Assembly: GCA_951406725.2 (NCBI GenBank)
Contig: OX597835.1
Coordinates: 5,146,001-5,210,000, forward strand
Source of the DNA: Octopus vulgaris
Taxonomy: Eukaryota
Reading direction: 5' to 3'
Length of the DNA stretch: 64,000 bases
Shown here: positions 13,668 to 25,603 of the stretch, piece by piece
How the letters are laid out: every line of letters starts with the position of its first letter
How positions within the stretch are numbered: position 1 is the stretch's first letter
The notes under the pieces: model-generated
Seen by the model: the letters and a program-made list of their open reading frames with translations, nothing else
What the model was told of the DNA's origin: nothing
Databases searched by the model: none
Translations under genes and position numbers: made by a program

Positions 13668-16600
13668 TTGTATACTGTCAACTTAATGTGACAGTTTCGT
13701 AAAGGGAATAACACCACTGTTATTTAGCCCTAGGACTGATGATGAGCAAGACTCAGAAACATGCATGTCCTCCTCTTCCATTTATGATTAATTTGTGAAA
13801 AAAAAAAATAAATGGCTATATATTATTGTAGATATCATATAGAAGAAATTGTACTGTTTGTGTCACTGTATTGATTTAAAACTCCCACAGGACTCTTGAA
13901 GGTCCTTTTCTCAAAAGAGAATATATCATTTCTGATTGAGTGCTTTTGTTTTGTAGACTGATTCACAAGTTCAAGGCCTGTACATAACAAGCGAACAAGT
14001 ACAATGTCCCATACAGAAAGAAGGTAGATACGAGATTTCAATAAGCAACAATGGAGTTCTGAAGAGTACTGAAACTGTGGTCTTTACAAAGTATGATTCA
14101 ACATGCCAAATATGTACAGAAACTTCCTGTTCCCAGAAGGTAAATATCTGCTGAAGTAACTTCTCACTTTCTCTGTTAACAACGGAACCCTTACGAGGTT
14201 GCTCTATCTGCTGGAAATACTTTTGTAAAAGAGTCCATGCAGTGCCATGTAAAAACACCCATGTGGTGCCATGTAAAAACAACCAGCATACTTTGTAAAA
14301 AGGATTGGCATTAGGAAGGGCATCCAGCCATAGAAACCATGCCAAATCAGACTGGAGTATGGTGAAGCCCCCAGCTTGCCAGCTTTAGTCACACCATCCA
14401 ACCCATACTAGCATGGACAACAGATGTTAAATGGTGATGATGATAATTTCTCTGGAGGATTTTCTTCCATTTATGCAACACCATTTTAAAATAAGTCATC
14501 TCATCTAACCCTCTGGCAATTCTGCTGATCCCTGGACTGGTTCTTTATTTACCAACTCCAAAACAATGAAAAACAAAGTTGATTGCTGTTCTATTTGAAC
14601 TTAGGATCCAATGAGCCTACAGGTTATTTAATCTAATGCTTAAAGAACCTTACCAATTTGTCCCCTTTAAAACCCCTTAGAAAAGATCTCATTGATTAAA
14701 CACACCATCTGATAGGGACATTTTGTTTTGTTTTGGGGTTTTTTTTTTGCATGACTTAGCCAACAGAAGAGCAACACTCAGGACTATTTTGAGGGCCAGA
14801 TTAGTGGCATGAAGGGGGAAATAAATGATTCAAATACTTGCAGCTGACTAAACTCCACTAAAAACATTCAAGGATCAGGTGGCAGTGTTAAATTAAAGGA
14901 CAGATTAGGCCTCCCATCCAAGAATAGATACAGTTCCTCTGAGAAACTTCCACAGTTTCAGTGAATGAAATTACCTATAAGACTTTGGTTGCTCTAACGG
15001 TTTTATAGAAGGTGTTACATGATGGAATTGAACCTGCGACCTTATAGCAGTAAGGCAAGCTTCTAATTCAAATAGACAAACTCATGAAGTCTGGCCCAAA
15101 CACATCTGCTGCAGGCATAAAACCATCCATGGTTTCATGAAGAAAGATATGAATTTTGTAGACATTATTTTTCATTGTTGTTTGGCCTGGAGGGAAGGAC
15201 AATGCTTGTTACATTTTATAGGGCCTTTGAGACTAGTGGGAGGGATAAAGTTATTCGCAAACCAGAAACCCAACACTTGGCCCAAATGCTTGCAACAGTG
15301 GACTCTGCTAAAGACACCCAAGATGCAAGGTGACTGTTGAATTATGTGACAGATTAGTCCATCACTCAATTTCCTTTCTGTTCTTGTTGATCCACAGCTG
15401 GATAGATTATCAGCATGACATTGCCAATTTATCTCTCATGGTTGTAAGGCTTGCCTCTCCATGCCAGCTAATTGAATGTAAAACAGACTGCTTCCATTAC
15501 TGTATGATTCACTCTGACCATCAGCAACTTGGTAGAATTTGAACTCAGACCTCAAAAATCCTATTTTTCCAATGCTCTAAAAATTCTGTTACTCTACCAC
15601 CCTGAACTAATATTTATCAGCTATGGCAAAAATTGACATCTGCAGAGTTTGAACTCAAAGTATATAGCTTACACTGTAAAGTATTCCATTCCATCAATTT
15701 ACTCTGCTAGTTTGCCATTTTAAAGCTCAGATATTGAATTCAAATACCACTAAGGCAGGGTTCAGAGCTTCAGATGCAAAACAACTGTCAGTCATAAGTA
15801 CAAGTAATATACTGGTTGCAATTCATTAAATTTCTCTTATACAAATCTTTAACTTTCTCTCAGTGTCAGAAATATTTTTAAGTTGTAGCATTTTCTTTAA
15901 GCTCTTTACATTCTGAGTTCAAATCCCACTAAAGTTAGTGTTGCTTTTATCCTTCTGGGTATCAGTCAAGTACAGAGTTGATTGATGGTGTCAGTTAACT
16001 CCTTCTTCTTAAAATGAGCAGCCTTGAGTCTAAATCAGAAACAACTTAGAATAACAGGGATAAGATGACACAATAAACCAGAAATAATTGGTTTCAAATT
16101 TTGGTACAAGGCCAGCAGTTTTAGGGGAGAAGGCAAGTCGATTCCAATGAACCTAGTGCTCTGCGAGTACTTATTTTCTCAACCCCAAAAGGTATGAAAG
16201 GCAAAAACCAACGTCAGCAGAATTTGAACTCAGAATGTAATGCCAAAGGAAATACTGCTAAGCATTTTGGCCATTGTGCTAATGATTCTGCCAGCTCGAA
16301 AATTGAATTTTTGTCATATATTTTTTTTGTTTTTCAGAGTAATGTTTGCAAGGTTGATGGAAATTGCCTTGGAGAATTTTACTTTAATGTGAAAAATTTT
16401 ATGGAAGTTTGTATACCATCAAATTCCTCTAATGCATGGTCAACATTCGATGGTTAGTTTGATTTTTTATATATTAATTTTGAGTGTATGTATGATGAAC
16501 AGCTGACATTTTGATATTACAAGATAATATGTGAAAATGATTACAATAATAATTCTTTCTAAAGGAGGCACAAGGCCTCAAATTTGTGGGGTGGGGACTA

Positions 16601-17740
16601 GTCAATTATATCGACCCCAGTGTTTCACTGGTACTTAATTTATCAACCCCGAAAGGATGAAATTCAAAGTCAACCTTGGCAGAATTTGACCCAAGGTTCT
16701 GTTAGAAAGACACTTGGCCATGGTGCCAAGCTGTAAGAATGAACTTGAAACCATGTGGTTAAAGAGTAAACTTCATTGCCACATGATCATGCATGTTCCC
16801 TACTGTTAATTAAATGAGTAAAATTTAATTGAATTCAGTGATTAAATATTTTTGTTTATTTCATTCTTTCTTTTCCTGTTTCTTTCCAGTCCGGCAAATG
16901 CAACTAATTGTTCTAATTTTCTTGCGAATTGAGAATAACCTCTTGATCACAACAACTGCTAACTTTTCGGTGTTTGGCAACCCTGGCTTGGTCGAAGGAC
17001 CAAGGAAAGGCAAATACATTAACTTAAAGCAAGATGGACAATATCTTCAGCTAACTGGTACCCCGACTTGTTTGCAAGACCCCAGCCTGTGTCCGTATGG
17101 TCTATCAGTTTCATTTGATTTGAAAATCACTGATATGAAGAGAAGCTTTACAATTCTCTCAACAAGTTCTGAAACTGCCTTAGGACAAGGTGTCAAGGTA
17201 AACGCATTATATTTCCCATTCTTTTTGTTGTTGTTGTTGATGTTGTTTTCCTTGGCTATACTACACACATAGCAGTCGTTTCACATACCAAGAAAACATT
17301 ACCACATTCTACACCCCCCCACTACCACCACCACTACAACTCCTTCTAACCATGATCAATACAAATCAAACCTCAAACTTCACTAAAAATGCTATGTCCT
17401 ACAGCTCAGAAGTATAGCATGGTTTACCTGTGCAGGGGTGGTGGGGGCAGTTAGTTTTGTTTATTATTACTGCCTTTTACCTCTTTCTTGTTTCAGTTAT
17501 TGGACTGTGGCCAAGCTGGGGCTCTTATTTGAAGTGTTTTAGCAGAAGGAATCAACCATCAACCCACCCCCAGCACTTATTTTGTTTAAGCCTCGTACTC
17601 ATTCTATTGGTCCCTTTTATCAAACTGCTAAGTTATAGGAACATAAACAAACAAACACAATGGAGGACAAATACAAAGACATGTACACCCCCCCCCACAC
17701 ACACACACATATTTGCACACACACGCGCGCACACACACAC

Positions 17741-17771
<31 letters not shown>

Positions 17772-20700
17772 TACTCATTCACACACACACACACACAGGA
17801 ATGGATCTCAACCTGAAGCCAAGGGTTGAAAGCAATGAACATGTTTCAGACTTATCAAATCTCCTCAACAAAGCATTTGCTTCTAAATTGGCAGACTTAT
17901 GAATTGATCAGTATGTTTTGGATGAGATAGAATGTTGTGATTTTGATTATGATTATCAACAACAAGGCAGAGAGGGAAAATATCTCAGTGGACCGTTCAG
18001 TACACCAAATCTAAATATGGCAGATATTCCTAAATCAAACAGAATGGCATGAAAATCTTTGATTATACAAAATTGTTCCTACAAATCAGTAGACAAAGTT
18101 TTTAGACATTTCTAGGTACCCCTTAGAAGTGTTTAGAATCTAAAAAAGGAAGAAACTGCAATATCATCAATAAAGTGGAATATTCAGAAAATAAAAATAA
18201 TGTATAAGGGAAAATTAATTTCAGTTCAGATCTGTCTTTACTCTTTACTCTTTTACTTGTTTCAGTCATTTGACTGTGGCCATGCTGGAGCACCGCGTTT
18301 AGTTGAGCAAATTGACCCCAGGACTTATTCTTTGTAAGCCTAGTACTTATTCTATTGGTCTCTTTTGCCGAACCGCTAAGTTACAGGGATGTAAATACAC
18401 CAGCATCGGTTGTCAAGCAATATTGGGGGGACAAACACAGACACTCAAAGACACACATATACATATACATACATACGACGGGCTTCTTTCAGTTTCCGTC
18501 TACCAAATCCACTCACAAGGCTTTGGTCGGCCCGAGGCTATAGTAGAAGACACTTGCCCAAGGTGCCACGCAGTGGGACTGAACCCAGAACCATATGGTT
18601 GGTAAGCAACCTACTTACCACACAGCCACTCTTACGCCTATCTCTCTCTTTATTTTTTTTTTTATAAATAAATCAATTTATGATGAGTTACTAGTGCAAC
18701 ATTTTTAATAAAAACCTGTTGACGTTCATTATTTTTATGGTCCCTTTTCTCTACTTTTTTCAGATTTTCTACTCTGATTACAAACTTTATGTCAGCATTG
18801 TCAAAGGTAAAAAAGAATGGACAGTCTTCACTTCGGTGAAAAACGAGAAAAAATTTTTCTATGCGGGATTTTCTTGGAACGAGCAATTTGGTCTGTCAAT
18901 TTACGTCAATGGTGTGAAGGCAGCTGAGACAGTGAAATTTACTGAACAAGAAACGGCAGCTCCAAGTTCCACCCACATATTCATTGGAACAACATTTGAG
19001 AAAAAAGTTTTTGGTCGTTTCATAAGCGGAGCATGGACAATTGTTACTGCTGTAAAACAAGTGAGAGAATATCTAAACTTGGATACTGGTAAGAATTCTT
19101 TCAGCAACATTTTTGAAAATTTTAGATTAAGAAGCTGACAACAAACGTTCTATTTTTGCAAATGAAAATCTAAAACAAAATCCTTCCTCTATTAATAGAT
19201 GCACCTTAGCATATACAATGACTATCAACAAACAAACAAACAAACGACAGCCATAGCAAACAACAAATAAACACCACCACCACCACCACTGCTACTACCT
19301 TATCTTTTATTCTATTTTTTCTCTGGATTCCTCTTTTTCTCTCTCTTTTTTTTTTTTAATAAATAAATGTTAATTCCCTTCATAACTGAAGCCAACACAG
19401 ACCTTTTTACTCTCAAACATTGATGTTCTGCCCAAGCAAAAAGAATTACTTTTATAAATAAAGGAAGAATACAATGTAATATGAAAAGTTTTCAAACAAT
19501 AGTAAATCTCAGAGCGAGTTATAAACAGTAGCAGCAACACTTCGTGATGTATATTTGCCATTAAATATGGCTAACCCCTAAGGGTGGATGCTACTGTAGT
19601 TTGTAGCCCCAGGAGGACACCTCCTCCAGCTGGCTATAGACACACTTTCTGTGCCCTATCAGTATTTGTGAAGGGAAGCCATCCTTCCCGTCTTCAACTT
19701 ATGATACACACGGACTCGAGTTTCAGGGTATTGACCCGTCATCGGTGTGTGACAATGACAGTTGTCGATGAGAATTAGGTTCCCTTCACAAATACATATA
19801 CTTTTTCCAGTATCGATTGACACTGATATTGAAAAAGTGTAATCAAACAATGATAAATCTCAGAGCGAGTTATAAACAGTAACAGCAACACATCGTGACG
19901 TATATTTGCCATTTGAATATGGCTAACCCCTAAGGGTGGATGCTACTGTAGTTTGTAGCCCCAGGAGGACACCTCCTCCAGCTGGCTATAGACACACTTT
20001 CTGTGCCCTAGAAATCAATTAATATTGTTTTAATGTTAATATATTTTTTTTTAGCGGCACCTGAACTTGAAACTAAACCAGAGATCAGCTTTGAATATAA
20101 TAATGACACAGAAAGCAAAAGCCTGAATGCTTTGTGTCAGTTTAAACCACTGAACAGAAATGATGTCAGTTATATCCTACTGTGGAAGCTCGATTCTAAG
20201 GAAATCATTGAAGTACGCCTTCAGAATAATGTAAACAAACATCAACTGCCTGAAGACATGATTCCACGGTTCCAGTTTGGCAGCAAGGTAAGGAAACTAA
20301 TCTTATCATCATCATCATCATTTTCATGTAACATCCATTTTAGATCCTAGCATGGGTTGGACTGTTGGACAGCCGACCAATGCTTTGTGAGTGGATTTGG
20401 TAGACAGAAACTGAAAGAAGCCTGTCGTATATATATGTATATATATGTATGTGTGTGTGTGCGTGTTTGTGTTTGTCCCCCTAGCATTGCTTGACAACCA
20501 ATGCTGGTGTGTGTTTATGTCCCCGTCACTTAGCGGTTCGGCAAAAGAGACTGATAGAATAAGTACTGGGCTTACAAAGAATAAGTCCCGGGGTCGATTT
20601 GCTTGACTAAAGGCGGTGCTCCATTTTGGTATTGTCTCTATGGCTGGATGCCCTTCCTAATGCCATTCACTTTATAGAGTATATTGGGTGCTTTTATGGG

Positions 20701-21557
20701 GCATCAGCACCCATCAGCCTGCAAGATTAGGAATTCTCAGCTGGAGAGGGATGCAGGGGACATGCTTGTATGCAAGGACAACCACAAGTTTACTTAAAGT
20801 AATTAAGACTGGCCTAATTTTCAAAAGCTTAAGCATCTGAGAAACATCGTTAAAGGGATTGTATTTTCTCAGCTCTTATGTTTAAAGATGAAATGTAAAG
20901 TAACTGTAAATATTTGAAACTGGTCTCACCTCTCATATTAACAAATCTGTCATGCCTCAAGTCCTGGGACTCATGCAGTGATTTGCCCAGTCTCCATGGT
21001 GTATGAGTGGTCGAGATCACAACGTCCCTCCTGGGTGCGATGCCAGTCCATTGCAGGATTATTCATTTACATCAGAATGGACTGGGACAAAGTGTAATGA
21101 AGTGTTTTGGCTCAAGAACACAACGCATCACTCAGTCTGGGAAGAGAAACCATAATCTTGCCCCTGTGAGTGCAACACCCAAACCACAAGGCCGTGCAGC
21201 TTCACTTCTTCTTCTAAAGATGGAGTTTAGTTGGGAATGTGGAGTGAAGTTCTGATGTGGATCTTGAATTAGGGAATAATGTCATTACTATTAGATTCTT
21301 TGTTGAAATAAAGAGCTATACAAATATCTATGACTGGAGAGTGAATAATCAATGATTGCCCAGTGACCCCTCTATTTTCATTCATGAATATCACATGTTC
21401 TGTTCAACTTCATCATTTTTCTTGATTGTGTTAACATCCATACCCAGTTCATGAAGAAAGGGTGGACAATGAATTTGTTACATGGTTTAACCTTGCCTTA
21501 ACATGACTTTAGCTGAGTCTGTTGCTACCATTCAGATCATGGCACTGGTTTCTTTTG

Positions 21558-21607
<50 letters not shown>

Positions 21608-24600
21608 ATTCAACTTTAAGTCATCACCTGTTTAAATCAGCACCAGGTGTGTGTAATACCTAAATATTCTCCCTTTTTAACTATTTCTAATCAAGTCGTG
21701 ATTTTCTCACCCATTTTTTTTTCTATACTGACATAGATTTGACACAATATTTTGATGCAGTATTCTATGGCTGGATGCTTTTCCTGTTGCAAACCTTACT
21801 TCTTTCCAATTAAAATATTTATGTCTTTGCTGTATCACCTGGTGAACTGCTCAATGGCTATGCATGTTTTCACTACAGTCACATACAATGACACTGCTGC
21901 CATTGTTTTATGCTAAAGCATGTAAAGTGTGTCAGCACAAAAGGGAAGTTGAAGGACACAAACGGACAGTTGTGAGCAGTGGTTCTCAACTGGGTTCCAA
22001 CAAGGCCCCCCGAGGGTCCCTATAAGATTTTTAGGTGTCTGCACAACAAAAGAATAAATTGGAGATCTGCAATAGTATTTTAAAGGAACCTGAAAAAATT
22101 TCACTTCAGATGTTTGTGTTGGTATTTATTACAAGAAACAGCTAGTTTTGTTTCCCCCTAACATTTTACGTAGCTCAACCTACACTACCATCAGAAATTA
22201 ATTAGCACCCTTGATTTGCTCTTCACTCAAGGTATGTGCTGTCACCTAGTGGCCATATCTCGAACTATTGCTTTGTTGCGAGTTCACTGTTGTGCAGAAC
22301 AATGACGTAACTTTGTTTGCAGAGCAGTTTGAGAGTCTACAGCCTTATGATGTTGACATAGCAGTGCAACAACTTGGAGTGCGGATGCAGACAAATCTTC
22401 CTTTGTTTAATAGATATAGGTAGCGCCTCGCAAGGACCGAAATCACACCATACTAAGTTTTCTTATCGCGTAAGATGTTTTGAACAGCTCATAAGGTTAA
22501 TTGATTTAACCTATTTAATGTAGAAATTTGAGAAGTGCTAATTAATTTCTGACGCAAGTGTATACAGGTTAAAATGTGAACGACAAAATAGGAATTTTGA
22601 AAGAAGTTTTAATAAAACTAGTTTTTAAACATAAAAAGCACCATCCGTTTGTGGCCGTTTGCCAGCTCTGTCTGGCACCTGTGCAGATGGCTCGTAAAAA
22701 GCACCCACTACACTCACAGAGTGGTTGGCGTTAGGAAGGGCATCCAGCCGTAGAAACACTGCCAGATCTGACTGGGCCTGATGAAGCCTTCCAGCTTCAC
22801 AGACCCCAGTTGAACCGTCCAACCCATGCTAGCATGGAAAACGGACGCTAATCGATGATGATGATGATGATGATGATGAATGGCTATAGGGGTCTACCAG
22901 AATAAAATGGTAATCAAAGGGGTACAGAGATAAAAAAAGGGTTGAGATCCTCTGGTCATACACACACAGTTTCCATTTATCAGTTTCGTGCACATGACAT
23001 TGCTTCATGTAAAAGAATAGCAGAATGGTTCTTGCGCAGGAGTGGCTGTGTGGTAAGTAGCTTGCTAACCAACCACATGGTTCTGGGTTCAATCCCACTG
23101 CGTGGCATCTTGGGCAAGTGTCTTCTGCTATAGCCCCGGGCCGACCAATGCCTTGTGAGTGAATTTGGTAGACGGAAACTGAAAGAAGCCTGTCGTATAT
23201 ATATGTATGTATATGTATGTGTGTGTGTGTGTGTGTTTGTGTTTGTCCCCCTAGCATTGCTTGACAACCGATGCTGGTGTGTATTTACGTCCCCATCACT
23301 TAGCGGTTCGGCAAAAGAGACCGATAGAATAAGTACTGGGCTTGCAAAAGAATAAGTCCCGGGGTCGATTTGCTCGACTAAAGGCGGTGCTCCAGCGTGG
23401 CCGCAGTCAAATGACTGAAACAAGAAAAAGAGAAAAGAGTAAGAGTAAAAAGAGTATAATGTGGCATTGCTTCATGTAAAAGAATAGCAGAATGGTTCTT
23501 GTATAATGTGGCATTGCTTCATGTAAGGGAACATCAAAAAGACACTTGTTCACAGTTCCATGCAGCATGAATGAACCCAAAACCACAAGCTTGCAAAGCA
23601 AACACTTTAACCACAAACTAATATCTGCACTAATCTACTTGTAATTAAGTCGTTAACCTAATCATAAATTGTTTTTTTACAGTTAATTTGTCAAGTGTCT
23701 ACATGTCTGTCTAACATGTGTGATGTGACGGGCAGTAAATGGATAGACAGTATACCAATTGTACCACAGATTTATGTAAGTAGATCTTTGCAGTTATTTT
23801 TAGTTTTTAGTATACAATCGTTCCAAGGAACTTTGCTTTTCATCATTTCAAAACCAAAAAAGTATCACTCCAATACTGGGATCATCTCTTTCTCATTGGA
23901 AGATATTAGCTTGTTCAGACCTGGATGAACCCTAACCCTAGCCCTAACCCTAAAACCACACAATATATCATGACTGTATCCCAGTGGCCCCATCAAGAGT
24001 AGAGGGCCTGTGATGAGGGTCTGCCTTGTTTACTCATTGTTCTCCTTATTTTCGATCTGTTACAGCTAAAAACCAAAACACTTACAATCAGAGAAGGCCA
24101 AGGAGCAGCTGATATTCAAGTTCAAATAGACTTCCCTCCACGCTTGTTGTGTGAACCAAAAGACAGGAAAGAGTTCTGCCAGTTAAATATACACCCAGTT
24201 CTACCGGAAGTAAAGTCTGACATCAAATGTCCCCAAACTAACCATCATGTGAGTCAGGCAGTGTTTGGCTGGAAAGGAATGCTTTCTGACAAGCAGAAAT
24301 TCTGTCAGTACCATGTGGACATGACGCTATCATATTCTGTCATCACGATCGCCGTCAGTGCAAGCCTTGATGCCTTAATTGATAAGAAGCAACAAAGGAA
24401 AATCGAAGTGTTTGCAGACATTATGATTGATGAAATATCCGACTCAGTTAAATCACTTGGCAAAGTTGATGTAAGTAAATTCTTCTTCTTCTTCTTCTTC
24501 TTCTTCTTCTTCTTCTTCTTCTTCTTCTTCTTCTTCTTCTCCTCCTCCTCTTCCTCCTTCTCCTCCTTCTTCTTCTCCTCTTCCTCCTCCTCCTCCTCTT

Positions 24601-25561
24601 CCTCCTTCTCCTCCTTCTTCTTCTCCTCTTCCTCCTTCTCCTTCTCCTCCTTCTCCTCCTCTTTCTCCTTCTTCTTCTCCTCCTCCTCCTCCTCCTTCTT
24701 ATTCTTCTTCTTCTCCTCTTTCTCCTCCTCCTCCTCCTTCTCCTCTTTCTCCTTCTCCTCTTTCTTCTTCTTCTTTTTCTTCTCCTCCTCTTTCTCCTCC
24801 TCCTCCTTCTCCTTCTACTTCTTCTTCTCCTCTTTCTTCTTCTTCTTCTTCTTCTTCTTCTTCTTCTTCTTCTCCTCTTTCTCCTCCTCCTCCTCCTTCT
24901 TCTTCTTCTCCTTTCTTCTTCTCCGTCTTCTTCTTGTTCTTGTTCTTGTTCTTGTTCTTCTTCTTCTTCTTCTTCTTCTTCTTCTTCTTCTTCTTCTCCT
25001 TCTTCTTCTTCTTCTTCTTCTTCTTCTTCTTCTTCTTCTTCTTCTTCTTCTTCTTCTTCTTCTTCTCCTTCTTCTTCTTCTTCTTCTTCTTCTTCCTTTT
25101 CTTCTTATTCTCCTCCTCCTCCTTCTTCTTCTTCTTCTTCTTCAAAATATGTACTAAACAAAGTACTTGCGACTGGTATACTCCACAAAGACCCAAGAAT
25201 GCTGCACCACAACAGCAGGAGGGCTACAAGTAAAATGGGGGAAACCAGTCAACAGATATAAATTCGAAGTAGGTTTGACCAGTTAACCTTCTCTCTCACT
25301 TCTTTTTCAGATCAATATTGAAGACAACGATTCATTAGCATTGTGTCGTTCTATTAACGATCCTCACATGACAACATTTGATGGAAGGTAAGACATTTCC
25401 TGATATTTCAAAAAATAGGTAATTTTTAAACAAACAGAAATCTCTGAAGATCGCTGGGTCCCAATTCCTGAATATGCACATGAAACCATACTGGGTTCTG
25501 TTTAAATAATTACATCTGTTCTTAGACACTTTTATACTGAAATATATATCTGTGTGTCTGT

Positions 25562-25603
<42 letters not shown>

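Noticed and set aside
23928-23954. (CCCTAA)-like telomeric repeat
   Set aside because: Only about four imperfect units; too short to imply a fusion or healing site.
24471-25233. Poly-F/S/L and poly-K/E ORFs
   Set aside because: Trinucleotide microsatellite read-through; a GTAAGT donor at 24471 matches the paralogous exon 31 boundary.
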